Positions 9,149-19,105 of a stretch of 64,000 bases of DNA are shown piece by piece (the first letter of the stretch is position 1; each line of letters opens with the position of its first letter). The position numbers and the translations under genes are program-made. The stretch is taken from the NCBI GenBank assembly GCA_963693055.1, contig OY843751.1, positions 5,440,001 through 5,504,000 of the forward strand, in the 5' to 3' direction. The DNA comes from a bacterium (lineage in GTDB: Bacteria > Zhuqueibacterota > Zhuqueibacteria > Residuimicrobiales > Krinioviventaceae). Under the pieces are notes generated by a model. That model was not told the origin of the DNA, did no database searches, and saw only the letters and a program-made list of their open reading frames with translations.

Positions 9149-9739
9149 ATGAAAGCAGATATACAAAAACGCCAAAAAATCTATGATGGCTTTTTTACAT
9201 TTGAAGAAGCTACTGTAAGCTTTGAACAGTTTAACGGAGAGATGAGCAAATCCGTTTCCCGATTACATGTATACCGTGGTGACGCTGCCGCGGTGCTATT
9301 GTACAACTCTCAAAAAGAGACCCTCTTTTTTGTAAGACAATTCAGATACCCCCTGTATACATTTGATCCCAATATTGCATGGCCGTTAGAGATCGTTGCC
9401 GGTTCTATAGAAAAAGGTCACTCGGAAACAGATACCGCTGTGCGCGAAGTGGAAGAAGAAGTTGGATTTTCAATATCCGAAAATGATTTACAATTCATTT
9501 CCAAATGCTGGCCCAGTCCCGGAGGCACATCCGAGCAGATCTATTGCTACGCGGCAGACATAGCCACTGCTAAACGCATACATGACGGTGGCGGACTTGA
9601 GCATGAGGTAGAAGACATTCAGGTTGTTGAATTGACATACAAAGAGGCATTTAAAAAAATCAATGCAGGAGAAATCTGCGATGCTAAAACGCTAATCTGC
9701 CTGCAATGGCTGCAAAACAGGATACTAACAAAATCATGA
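9149..9739 (+). CDS. NUDIX hydrolase (ADP-ribose/GDP-mannose pyrophosphatase type)
   Basis: Nudix box AG...AVREVEEEVG; RQFRYP; SPG; DAKT. Confidence 0.9.
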   Translation: MKADIQKRQKIYDGFFTFEEATVSFEQFNGEMSKSVSRLHVYRGDAAAVLLYNSQKETLFFVRQFRYPLYTFDPNIAWPLEIVAGSIEKGHSETDTAVREVEEEVGFSISENDLQFISKCWPSPGGTSEQIYCYAADIATAKRIHDGGGLEHEVEDIQVVELTYKEAFKKINAGEICDAKTLICLQWLQNRILTKS

Positions 9740-10353
9740 TCGCATTTTTACTCAAGGGAATGATATTGGGTCTCTCAGCAGGTTTCAGTCCGGGACCGTT
9801 AACCATGCTGGTTTTATCCGAAACGTTGAATCACAACAGTAAGGCAGGAATCAAAGTGGGAATGGCCCCACTTGTAACTGACGCGCCTATAGTATTACTC
9901 TGTTACTATGTACTTGCCAAATTTCAAAATGTAAACCTGCTTTTAGGTTCCTTGTCACTGATAGGTGCGCTTTACATAGCATATTTGGGTATTGAAAACT
10001 TTAGAATAAAACCCGTTACCGTAGAGACCAAAAACATTAAACCCAGATCTCTTTCCAAAGGCATAATGGTCAATTTCCTAAGTCCCAATCCTTATGTCTA
10101 CTGGTTAACCGTTGGCGCTCCTTTCATGATCAGCGCCAAACAAAACAGCATCTGGCATTTAATATTGTACCTGGTTGGTTTCTACGTTTGCCTTTTAGGC
10201 GCCAAAACCACAATTGCAATTATCGCGGGCAAATCAAAAACATTTATCAGCGGAAACATCTATCTTTGGATCAACCGAATATTGGGAATGCTTTTAATAT
10301 TGTTTGCAGGTATTGTTTTCATGGAAGGTCTAGATCTTTTATATACATTCTAA
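9736..10353 (+). CDS. LysE-family translocator
   Basis: SPGP motif; NFLSPNPY; six TM segments; ATGA overlap with the upstream gene. Confidence 0.88.
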   Translation: MIAFLLKGMILGLSAGFSPGPLTMLVLSETLNHNSKAGIKVGMAPLVTDAPIVLLCYYVLAKFQNVNLLLGSLSLIGALYIAYLGIENFRIKPVTVETKNIKPRSLSKGIMVNFLSPNPYVYWLTVGAPFMISAKQNSIWHLILYLVGFYVCLLGAKTTIAIIAGKSKTFISGNIYLWINRILGMLLILFAGIVFMEGLDLLYTF

Positions 10354-10392
10354 AATCAACCAGATTTTTCATAAACAGATGGGAACATCAAA

Positions 10393-12519
10393 ATGACAAA
10401 AAAATCAATCATCAGTTTACTGTTGTTACTGAGTATATCTGTATTTGCTCAGAACAAAGATTTTGATTTTCTGACAGATTGGCCAATTTTTTCTGATAAT
10501 CAAAACGCACAGTATCACCACTATAGCGCTATTGCAATGGAACAGTTACAGCAGCGTAAAGACATAATCAACAGCATCACAACACCGGAGCAGTGGCTAC
10601 AGCGGCAGCAGCAAGCGCGCCAAACATTGATGGATATTGTGGGTCCTTTTCCTGAAAAAACGCCCCTGAATGCTCAAGTAACAGGCAAAGTAAAGAAAAA
10701 TGGATTCACCATTGAAAAAGTCATATTCGAGAGTCGTCCGGAATTTTACGTAACCTGCGCGCTTTTACTTCCTGATAAATTGCAAAAGAAAAATCCTGCT
10801 GTAATATTTGTTTGCGGTCACTCTGCTGTAGGATTTCGCAGCGAAGCATATCAGCGTTCAATCCAGAACCTGGCAAAAAAAGGATTCATTGTGCTTGCGG
10901 TTGATCCATTTGGACAGGGTGAACGCTTGCAGTATTTTGATCCCGAGACCGGTGAGTCTAAAATTGGGAGTCCTACCCGGGAACATTCTTATAGCGGCGC
11001 GCAATGCTTCATTTCAGGATCCTCCGCGGCTAAATACATGATTTGGGACGGTATCCGTGCCGTAGACTATTTGCTCACCCGTAAAGAAGTGGACCCCAAA
11101 CGCATTGGCATTACCGGTCGTTCTGGCGGCGGCACACAATCTTCATATATTGCCGCTTTTGACGATCGTATTTACGCTGCGGCACCTGAATGCTATCTCA
11201 CCGGATTCAAACGCCTGATAGAGTCACGCGGTCCCCAGGATGCCGAACAAAATTTTTTCCACGGACTGGCAAATGGGATCGACCATGCAGATCTGCTTGA
11301 AGTACGTGCACCCAAACCTGAACTGCTCATTTCAACGACACGCGACATGTTTAGCATTCAGGGCGTCAGGGAGATAAGCGCGGAAATCAAATCTTGTTAT
11401 GCTATGCTGGGTGCAACTGACAATTTTGAAAAATGCGAAGACAATGACGTGCACGCATCAACTAAAAAAAACCGTGAGGCCATGTACGCGTTTTTCCGCA
11501 AACACCTTGATCTACCGGGCAACTGTAATGATGAAGAACCGGAACCTTATGTTGAAGAAGAATGGAGAGTAACAAAAACCGGGCAATTAATTTCATCGCT
11601 GGGAGGAGAAACCGTTTTCTCTGTTAACGCTAAAGAGAGTCAGCAACTCATTTCTTCCCTAGATGAAAAACGCAAAGCCCCGGAATATCCAGAAAACATG
11701 GTCAGGGCTGCCAAATCCCTTAGCGGATATACCTGCCCCGAATCGCCATCGTTCCCCGCATTTACAGGCCGTTTCGAAAAAGAAGGATACGTGATTGAGC
11801 GTTATTTCATTCAGGGTAACGGTGACTATGTTATACCTTACCTGTTATACAAACCTGTAACCGACCAACCATGTCCGTCTATACTTTACCTCTCCCCGGA
11901 AGGCAAATCCCATGTTGCTGAAAGCGGTACACCAGAAACTCTCGTAAAGCAGGGGAATATAGTCATGGTGCCCGATCTATTGGGTATAGGTGAAATGGGT
12001 CCCATAAAATTTCACGGAGACGCCTATGATTTCAAAGTGGGCAATGGAGCTTACAATATCTGGTTTTTCGGAATACTAACCCATAAAAGCCTGGTGGGTA
12101 TGTTCGCTCAAGACATACAATTATTAACCGCGGTTTTAAAACAACACGAAAATGTTGATCCGGCTCAAATCAAAGCGGTAGCAAAAGACAAACTCTGCCC
12201 CGCATTGATTCATGCGGCAGTCTTTAACCCTGTCTTTTCAAATATAGAATTGGTTAAACCGCTCACATCTTACGAAAGTATAGTAATGAACGAAATTTAC
12301 GATCCGGCTCTCATACATGGTACGGTTGCAGGTGCATTGACCGGTTACGACCTGCCCGATCTTATGGCAGCAATCGCTCCAACACCGTTACAAATCATCA
12401 ATCCGGTTGATCACTTCAGCAAAGCTATGGACAAGTCTGCTGTTCAAGATGTATTTAAAAACGTTGAAAAGCTTTACAAAGATTCAGATGCAGAAAACAA
12501 TCTAACAATTGTTTATTAA
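10393..12519 (+). CDS. Secreted alpha/beta-hydrolase (acetylxylan esterase-like, two domains)
   Basis: Signal peptide; CGH; nucleophile elbow GRSGGG; 'WDGIRAVDYL'. Confidence 0.8.
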   Translation: MTKKSIISLLLLLSISVFAQNKDFDFLTDWPIFSDNQNAQYHHYSAIAMEQLQQRKDIINSITTPEQWLQRQQQARQTLMDIVGPFPEKTPLNAQVTGKVKKNGFTIEKVIFESRPEFYVTCALLLPDKLQKKNPAVIFVCGHSAVGFRSEAYQRSIQNLAKKGFIVLAVDPFGQGERLQYFDPETGESKIGSPTREHSYSGAQCFISGSSAAKYMIWDGIRAVDYLLTRKEVDPKRIGITGRSGGGTQSSYIAAFDDRIYAAAPECYLTGFKRLIESRGPQDAEQNFFHGLANGIDHADLLEVRAPKPELLISTTRDMFSIQGVREISAEIKSCYAMLGATDNFEKCEDNDVHASTKKNREAMYAFFRKHLDLPGNCNDEEPEPYVEEEWRVTKTGQLISSLGGETVFSVNAKESQQLISSLDEKRKAPEYPENMVRAAKSLSGYTCPESPSFPAFTGRFEKEGYVIERYFIQGNGDYVIPYLLYKPVTDQPCPSILYLSPEGKSHVAESGTPETLVKQGNIVMVPDLLGIGEMGPIKFHGDAYDFKVGNGAYNIWFFGILTHKSLVGMFAQDIQLLTAVLKQHENVDPAQIKAVAKDKLCPALIHAAVFNPVFSNIELVKPLTSYESIVMNEIYDPALIHGTVAGALTGYDLPDLMAAIAPTPLQIINPVDHFSKAMDKSAVQDVFKNVEKLYKDSDAENNLTIVY

Positions 12520-13266
12520 AAATTGAGTGTGGCGCGGACCTGTGCAGGGTAGGGTCCGCCCTACCTCAAATCCACTCTTTTTTTCATCATCCAGATAAAT
12601 TTTATACCCCCCAATAAATTCGCGTTTAATTCGCCTGATCTTTTTTACATGAATGATCACACTCTTGTGTATACAAATAAAATTGGAAGGATCTAGCAGA
12701 GTTTCCAGATTTTTCAATGTCTCATTTACAATATAAGATTTGTTGAATGTGTTCACAAACACATACTTGTCTTCGGCATGTATCCACCACACATCGTTTA
12801 CAGGCACCAACAAAATTTCATCCCCAATCTTGATAGTAAAGCGGGATAAATAACTTTTCGCCTCGATTGAATTCTTGAACAAACGAATAAAATCAACATC
12901 AATTGCAGGGCTACTCTGATTCACAACTTTGGCAATTGCGGCAGACAAGCGCTCAGGTGTGGTGGGTTTAAGCAGGTAATCAATTGCATTTTCATCAAAA
13001 GCTTTAATGGCATATTCATCAAAAGCAGTCACAAATATAACCATTGGCCGGTGTTTGATCTTTTCAAGTACCTCAATTCCTGAAAAGCCCGGCAGTTGCA
13101 CATCCAGAAATACAAGGTCCGGTTTTAGACTGTCTATATTCCGCACAGCATCGGGCCCATCCTGTGCAACCGCAACCACCTCGATTTCAGCGTGCGCTTC
13201 CAACAACGTCATTAACCTGGCCCGGGAATGCGGCTCGTCTTCTACAATCAGTGTTTTATACTGCAT
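12502..13266 (-). CDS. LytTR-family response regulator with a probable +1 frameshift in the last ~15 codons
   Basis: REC motifs EDE, FLDVQLP, TAFD, KP; LytTR 'FICIHKSVII'. Confidence 0.88.
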   Translation of the reverse strand: MQYKTLIVEDEPHSRARLMTLLEAHAEIEVVAVAQDGPDAVRNIDSLKPDLVFLDVQLPGFSGIEVLEKIKHRPMVIFVTAFDEYAIKAFDENAIDYLLKPTTPERLSAAIAKVVNQSSPAIDVDFIRLFKNSIEAKSYLSRFTIKIGDEILLVPVNDVWWIHAEDKYVFVNTFNKSYIVNETLKNLETLLDPSNFICIHKSVIIHVKKIRRIKREFIGGYKIYLDDEKKSGFEVGRTLPCTGPRHTQFLINNC

Positions 13267-13909
13267 AAGGCAATACTATCCTCACCAATGTTCCGCTTGC
13301 AGGCTTGATTATATCAAATTTTGCATTATTGTATAAAAGCTGCAGGCGTTGTTGAATGCTTTTTAATCCAAATCCGTTTTGTGGCTGTCCAGGTTCAAAA
13401 CCGACTCCGGTATCCTCTACTTCAAGCTTTACAGCATTATCAAGTTTACTTATATTTACAGAAACTTTCCCGCCTTCCCGTTTTGGTGACAAGCCATGTT
13501 TGACAGCATTTTCAACCAGCATCTGAATGACCATGGGAGGAATCCGGATCATCTCCACATCCGTGTCAACCTGAAAAGTATAATCCAGCCGCTCACCCAT
13601 ATGTACTTTTTCGATTTCTAAATATTCACGCACCACAATAATGGAATAACGCTGCAACGCAGATGCGTTTGCGGCCCGAACTCCCGCGGATAAAATCTCA
13701 TCTATTTGATTTGAAGGGATTTCCTGATCGGTAAAATTACCATGAATGGTACGTAAGCTTTGCAACGTTTTCAAGGTTTCGTTGCTGCCAGCGGCTCCAC
13801 TTCCCATACCCGCCAATGCCCTCCCGGTAAAAGGGCGGGCAAACATAGCTGAGCCTCCTATTGCGAGACTTTTTTGGAAAAAATGTCTGCGACCTGTATT
13901 TAAATTCAT
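13256..13909 (-). pseudogene. Chimera of a Tat-nitroreductase N-terminus and a LytS-type histidine-kinase HATPase C-terminus
   Basis: RRHFF...LRTIHGNF...AANASALQRYSIIVVR joined in frame to EYLEIEK...IPPMVIQMLVENAVKHG...DTGVGF...GFGL. Confidence 0.8.
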
Positions 13910-13929
13910 TTTAATCTCCTGTATTGCTG

Positions 13930-14611
13930 TTAAAATTTATCAGCTACAATAAAAGAATCATATTCTTTTTTGGATGGCGCTTCCGGCCATGCTTCAGGTA
14001 TACCGATGGGGGTAAAACAAACACGCTCATACGGGTCCGGGATATTTAATACTTTTTTTGTAACAGACGCGGGCACCGAATCGGTATAATGGACCGTACC
14101 ATAACCCAGCGACCGAGCAGCAATCATTAGGGTTGCCGCCGCAAGTGGACCGTCCCAGTGATTATATGTGGGGTATTTGGATTCATTGTCTGTCAGGATG
14201 GCCACATATACCGGTGCTGAAAAACATTTATCATAATACGCTTTTGCTTTTGCCATCTGCTCGCTCATCTTTTTCTGATCAGCTCCCATCCACTCTTTCA
14301 TTCTTTCTCGGCTGTTTTCGAGACAGGCTTTTTTCAATTCGTCAATCACTTGAGGGTCTTTGACCACAATAAATTGCCAGGGCTGCTGGTTTCCCGATGT
14401 TGGGGCCATTCGGGCGGCATCCAGAATGATTTTCAAATCTGCTTCCGGTACAGGTGTGGATTTGTAATGACGTACTGAACGGCGGCTCATTATGGCTTCC
14501 AAAGCGGGCAGACTTTTGGTTTTTCCCATTGCAGTAGCGGGTTGGGTCAAGCATTCCAGCCGCAGCCAGGGTACCTGCTGCCAGAAACTTTCTACGCTTT
14601 ATTTCAGACAT
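13930..14611 (-). pseudogene. Tat-signal nitroreductase with a +1 frameshift near 14550
   Basis: MSEIKRRKFLAAG leader in one frame; SRRSVR, APTSGNQQPW, ARSLGYGT in another; removing one T joins them. Confidence 0.8.
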
Positions 14612-14625
14612 TTCAGTTCTCCTTT

Positions 14626-15051
14626 TTAAAAAGTTAAAACTTTCCAGTCAGATTTCAGCATTTCCGTTAATGGTTCTCCCATATATTCGACTTTAATACC
14701 CAGCTCTGATAATATACCGTCAACCTCGTACTGCTCTGCGCACCATTTACAGGCCTGCAATTTTACACCGGCATCTTTTAATTGCTTGATCTTTTCTTTT
14801 AATTCTTCATCGTTGGCTATTGTTTTATTAGACGGGCCCCAGGTAATTAAAGTTACATCCTGCCACCAGCCCTGTTTTTTCGCATTAATCGCATAAACAA
14901 ATGCAAATTTGGTAAATACTTCTTTATCCGCCGAAGAGTAGATAATCAACAACTTGTTCAGCTCGGAATTTTCTTTTGCTGACAATACAGGAATAAAAAA
15001 GCAGGACATTAAATAAAACAAAACCAACAGCAATAATGCATTTTTTCTCAT
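14626..15051 (-). CDS. DsrE-family protein with a signal peptide
   Basis: 'WWQDVTLITWGPS', 'GVKLQACKWCA'; AAGGAG RBS. Confidence 0.85.
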   Translation of the reverse strand: MRKNALLLLVLFYLMSCFFIPVLSAKENSELNKLLIIYSSADKEVFTKFAFVYAINAKKQGWWQDVTLITWGPSNKTIANDEELKEKIKQLKDAGVKLQACKWCAEQYEVDGILSELGIKVEYMGEPLTEMLKSDWKVLTF

Positions 15052-15347
15052 AACATACTCCTTCATGTTTATGATTCAACATCAATATAACAATACACGT
15101 AAATTCATCAATGGAATTCAGAAAAGCGTCACAATTTACATGATAAACCGGGGGATTCAGGGTTTAAACAGAGTTTACAATGAAACCTTGCAGACTGTAT
15201 TACGTAAGAAAGGATTCCTGATCTGGTACCAGACAAAAATCCACCCTCCTCCAGGGAAAAATCTTGTAAAAATCATTGTATTTTACTTTTAGTTTTCTAT
15301 TAACAATAGATATAGTATATTCATATTTACAAATCACAGGTAAATCC

Positions 15348-16547
15348 ATGAAACGATTGCTTTCACGATATTTCGCCGCATACAAGGGTCTTCCTAAACA
15401 AGCCTGGCTGCTGTTCTGGGTGATTCTGATTAACCGCAGCGGTATGATGGTTATGTTTTTTCTCACCCTGTTCCTGACACAGGAAAGAGGATTCAGCACC
15501 ATACAAGCCGGACAACTGGTCAGTTCTTTCGGTATAGGTTCATTGGCGGGATCATATATTGGCGGACTCTTGGTAGACCGTATTGGCACGTTCAAAGTGC
15601 AATTTTACAGCCTGGTTCTGACCGGAGTGGGATTCCTTAGCATCAGTTTTATTCATTCTTATTGGGGATTGGCAGTATCGCTTGCAATTGTATCTGGAAT
15701 TAACGATGCGTTCCGTCCCGCAAGCATATCTGCATTTGCTGAAATCTGCCCCCCGGAAATGAGAGCACGTGCGTTTGCATTCAATCGCCTGGCTGTGAAT
15801 CTGGGTCTTGCTGTGGGACCTGCCATAGGCGGATTTCTGGCCGCTGTCAATTATAATTTTATTTTCTGGGCAGATGGCACTACCTGCATTATTGCGGGTA
15901 CATTGTTTTATATTTTATTCAAAAAATATCATGCCAGTTACCAAAAGCCCGTTGAAACCCATGAAAAGCCTGCAAAATCACCCTGGAAAGACGGCACCTT
16001 TATGGCGCTGATGGGAATACTTTTGGTTCTGGGTACCATGTTTTTCCAAATCATGAGCACCTGGCCTTTATATATGCGGGAATTCGCCATGCTATCTGAA
16101 AACAAGATTGGAATGCTGCTCTCTATGAACGGTATCATGATCACTTTGGTTGAAATGCCATTGATTCACAAACTTGAAAAAAGGCCACCGTTGTCTGTCA
16201 CCTGGATTGGCACGCTTTTCATGTTTTCAGGGTTTACCATGTTGACCCTGAGCCGTAATTTCAATTTTATTATTTTAACTATACTTGTTTGGACTCTGGG
16301 TGAAATTCTGGTCTTGCCACTTTTGGGCGCTTTTGTAGCAAACAGAACGACCGATTCCAATCGGGGTCAATATATGGGTATCTATACTTTGGTATTCTCA
16401 TTAGGATTTGTATTAAGTCCTATCTTTGGGACCCGTATCTATGACCGATGGGGCCCCAATGTTTTATGGTATACGGTAGGCATTATTGGTTTGTTTATCT
16501 CTTTTGGATTGTACAAAATGTCTAAACTGGCTGAAAAAACAGCCTGA
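15348..16547 (+). CDS. MFS transporter
   Basis: Motif A GGLLVDRIG; GPAIGG; about 12 TM segments. Confidence 0.92.
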   Translation: MKRLLSRYFAAYKGLPKQAWLLFWVILINRSGMMVMFFLTLFLTQERGFSTIQAGQLVSSFGIGSLAGSYIGGLLVDRIGTFKVQFYSLVLTGVGFLSISFIHSYWGLAVSLAIVSGINDAFRPASISAFAEICPPEMRARAFAFNRLAVNLGLAVGPAIGGFLAAVNYNFIFWADGTTCIIAGTLFYILFKKYHASYQKPVETHEKPAKSPWKDGTFMALMGILLVLGTMFFQIMSTWPLYMREFAMLSENKIGMLLSMNGIMITLVEMPLIHKLEKRPPLSVTWIGTLFMFSGFTMLTLSRNFNFIILTILVWTLGEILVLPLLGAFVANRTTDSNRGQYMGIYTLVFSLGFVLSPIFGTRIYDRWGPNVLWYTVGIIGLFISFGLYKMSKLAEKTA

Positions 16548-16552
16548 ATTTG

Positions 16553-16585
16553 GGGAGAGTGATATAATTCAAATACCACTCTCCC
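16553..16585. terminator. Hairpin between convergent genes
   Basis: GGGAGAGTG...CACTCTCCC stem. Confidence 0.5.
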
Positions 16586-16598
16586 TTGCTTCAACATT

Positions 16599-17405
16599 CT
16601 AGTCAATCATCACAATTAATTCTGTCAAATAATTTTTGGGATTCCCCTTGAATATCATTCCCGGCCCCTTTATATAAATCTCACGGTGCGGCAAAGCAAT
16701 CTCATATTCCTTTTCTTTGATATAATCAAACAGCTTTTTATATGACTGGCCCAGGGTATCATACGGTCCTTTATGGATCAAAGAAACACACTTGCCGCCT
16801 TGCAGTTCACGAACAGATATCTCATTATCACCTGTACCTTTACGCACCGGGAAACAGGGTTCAAACTCTGCATCCCCTTCTTTGTACTCTCCGTCATAAT
16901 AGAGATTCATGGGCTTGCCGCAAATATGCCGCCCCATTCTTTTCCCCAGCAGCGCAAAGCCTTTGCCTACCTCGTCATATCTGCCTGTCATCCGGTATCC
17001 GGCAATGAGCAGGGTTTCCACATTTTTTTCTTCTACTACAAATTCGCTATTATCACTCATGGTACTCTCCTTTTCAATTTCAACAATCATGTGAATCGAT
17101 CGGGAAACTGTTTCATAATGCTTTATTCGATCTTGAATTTCCTGCAGTTTTGCTTCAAGATACGTCATCATGTCCGCTTCTTCTGAGCAGTCCTGCAATA
17201 TCTCATTAATCTCGGCAAGAGAAAAATCAAAATCTTTGAGGACCTTTATTGTGCGGGCAGTGTCAAAATTCCGATCATCATAATAGCGATACCCGGTAAA
17301 CTCGTCTACCGAAGCGGGCACAAGCAGCTCTTTGTCATGATACAAACGCAAAGATTTTATAGACAATGCGGTAATTTTTGAAAACTCGCCAATGGTATAA
17401 AGCAT
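16599..17405 (-). CDS. MerR-family regulator with a C-terminal GyrI-like domain (BmrR type)
   Basis: YTIGEFSKI..SIKSLRLYH..TGYRYY; C-terminal HKGPYD...REIY. Confidence 0.92.
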   Translation of the reverse strand: MLYTIGEFSKITALSIKSLRLYHDKELLVPASVDEFTGYRYYDDRNFDTARTIKVLKDFDFSLAEINEILQDCSEEADMMTYLEAKLQEIQDRIKHYETVSRSIHMIVEIEKESTMSDNSEFVVEEKNVETLLIAGYRMTGRYDEVGKGFALLGKRMGRHICGKPMNLYYDGEYKEGDAEFEPCFPVRKGTGDNEISVRELQGGKCVSLIHKGPYDTLGQSYKKLFDYIKEKEYEIALPHREIYIKGPGMIFKGNPKNYLTELIVMID

Positions 17406-17458
17406 AGCTTCCCTTTCCTTTTTATCATTTGGTTGAAACCGGCCGGATTTCTACATAT

Positions 17459-17489
17459 AATATAAGCACTGCCCCTGGGGGAGAGTCAA
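17459..17489 (-). promoter_or_regulatory. MerR-type promoter with a 19-bp spacer and dyad operator
   Basis: TTGACT-ctcccccaggggcagtgct-TATATT on the minus strand; spacer counted as 19 nt. Confidence 0.8.
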
Positions 17490-17709
17490 GTGTTTTTTTG
17501 ATTTTTTTCGATTATTTTCTTGATTCTTTAGCATAATTTACGGATATTGGCTCAATCACTCAATTGAAAAGTATAATTTTCAAACAGTTATACAGATTAT
17601 TTCCTGAATTTTCTATGTATGTCATGGTTACTCGTTACCTGCCATAATTTAAATCATTTGGGGAACCGGGGTCCATACATATTTCATTAACAAACATTGG
17701 AGGATTTTC

Positions 17710-18450
17710 ATGTTTAATAAACACTGGACTGTTTTATTGGGCATCTTGTTTCTGATTTCATCTGCTTTTGGTGACATTTATATGAAGCAAAAACAGCATA
17801 CTGATCCCATCTCTATTATGGGGCAAACCCAACCCGCACAGGATGTGGTAAGCGAAACCTGGATAACCGAAAAAAAAGTTGCAGTTTCAACACCAGATCA
17901 AAAAATTGTAATTGACGCGGCACAACAAACCATGACCATGGCAGACCACCAAAAAAGAACACTTGCAACCATTCCTATGGATTTTACCAAAATGGCGGAA
18001 GAAGGCGGCATGTCTGATGATGAAAAGGCCCAGTTTCAGCAGTTTATGGGTGGCATGATGAATATAGACATTACTATCCAGAAAACCAGTGAAACCAAAA
18101 AAATTGGTAAATGGAACTGTACAAAATATATCCAAACCATGAATATGGGCATGGGAACCATAACCTCTGAGATCTGGGCAACAACAGACATCAAGGTTGA
18201 TCAGACCATGTATACAAAATACACAGCGGGCATGATGGCGCAATTGCCGGGCGTAAGCCAGAATCTCGAAAAGATCACCAAAGAATTGGAAAAAATCAAG
18301 GGTATTCAGGTATATACCAGTCAATCTATGGATATGATGGGACAAACCATCAAAACCACATCAGAATTGTTGGAATACAAAGAAGGCAATCCTCCATCAG
18401 ATGCGTTTACACTGCCAACTGGCTATAAAACAACCAATCCCTTTCAATAA
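17710..18450 (+). CDS. Secreted DUF4412-like protein
   Basis: Signal peptide; 'ETKKIGKWNCTKY', 'EIWAT', 'FTLPTGYK'. Confidence 0.7.
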   Translation: MFNKHWTVLLGILFLISSAFGDIYMKQKQHTDPISIMGQTQPAQDVVSETWITEKKVAVSTPDQKIVIDAAQQTMTMADHQKRTLATIPMDFTKMAEEGGMSDDEKAQFQQFMGGMMNIDITIQKTSETKKIGKWNCTKYIQTMNMGMGTITSEIWATTDIKVDQTMYTKYTAGMMAQLPGVSQNLEKITKELEKIKGIQVYTSQSMDMMGQTIKTTSELLEYKEGNPPSDAFTLPTGYKTTNPFQ

Positions 18451-18457
18451 AATATTC

Positions 18458-18482
18458 AACCCCCGGTTTTACCGGGGGTTTT
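18458..18482 (+). terminator. Intrinsic terminator
   Basis: AACCCCCGGT-ttt-ACCGGGGGTT followed by TT. Confidence 0.75.
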
Positions 18483-18504
18483 CATTCAGGATTGAGGTAT
18501 AAAC

Positions 18505-19098
18505 ATGAACAACGGATTGAAAAATACAGCAAAAATAATCGCAATTCTCTGTATATCCGCTTTGATCTATTTTATCAATCAAAAACTGGTACTTGTTCCA
18601 TTAACGGTTAAACCGGATTTCAATGTGTCAGACCTCTTTAATTACCTGGGATTCTTGATTTTTGTTTCTCTGGTACTTGAAAAATCTCTGGATGTTTTTT
18701 TAACCATTTTTCTTGCCGAAAATGCGGATCTGGAAAAACAGGAAATCCGCCGTCTCAAATCAAAATCAGAAAAATCAACCAATACGGATCAATCGGAATA
18801 CCAGCAAATCATGCTTGAACTGGACAAGGCAGTAAAAACCCGAATAGCCTCTCGCAGTAAAACCCGCAAAATCGCGCTCTATTCCGGATTGGCGTTTGGC
18901 ATAATCATCAGCGCTTTGGGCGTACGTGCATTAGATCAGATCTTTGACCTTCAAGCGGATTCAGTTACAACCATACAACATGACCTCTTTGCCACCATAG
19001 ACATTCTGGCAACGGGTATGCTGCTTGCCGGCGGCAGCGAAGGACTCCACAAGCTCACCGAATTGTATCGTACGTTTATGGATAAAAGTAACAGATGA
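18505..19098 (+). CDS. Hypothetical membrane protein
   Basis: GAGG RBS; hydrophobic segments around a charged helical region. Confidence 0.7.
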   Translation: MNNGLKNTAKIIAILCISALIYFINQKLVLVPLTVKPDFNVSDLFNYLGFLIFVSLVLEKSLDVFLTIFLAENADLEKQEIRRLKSKSEKSTNTDQSEYQQIMLELDKAVKTRIASRSKTRKIALYSGLAFGIIISALGVRALDQIFDLQADSVTTIQHDLFATIDILATGMLLAGGSEGLHKLTELYRTFMDKSNR

Positions 19099-19105
19099 TT
19101 TACAT

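Noticed and set aside
12549-12564. GTAGGG-tccg-CCCTAC mini-palindrome as a REP inserted in the LytTR gene
   Set aside because: The stem is only 6 bp, encodes ordinary EVGRT residues, and depends on the suspected extra base
15066-15347. Possible riboswitch or sRNA in the divergent intergenic region
   Set aside because: No recognisable aptamer consensus or strong stem was found by eye; an Rfam scan would be needed
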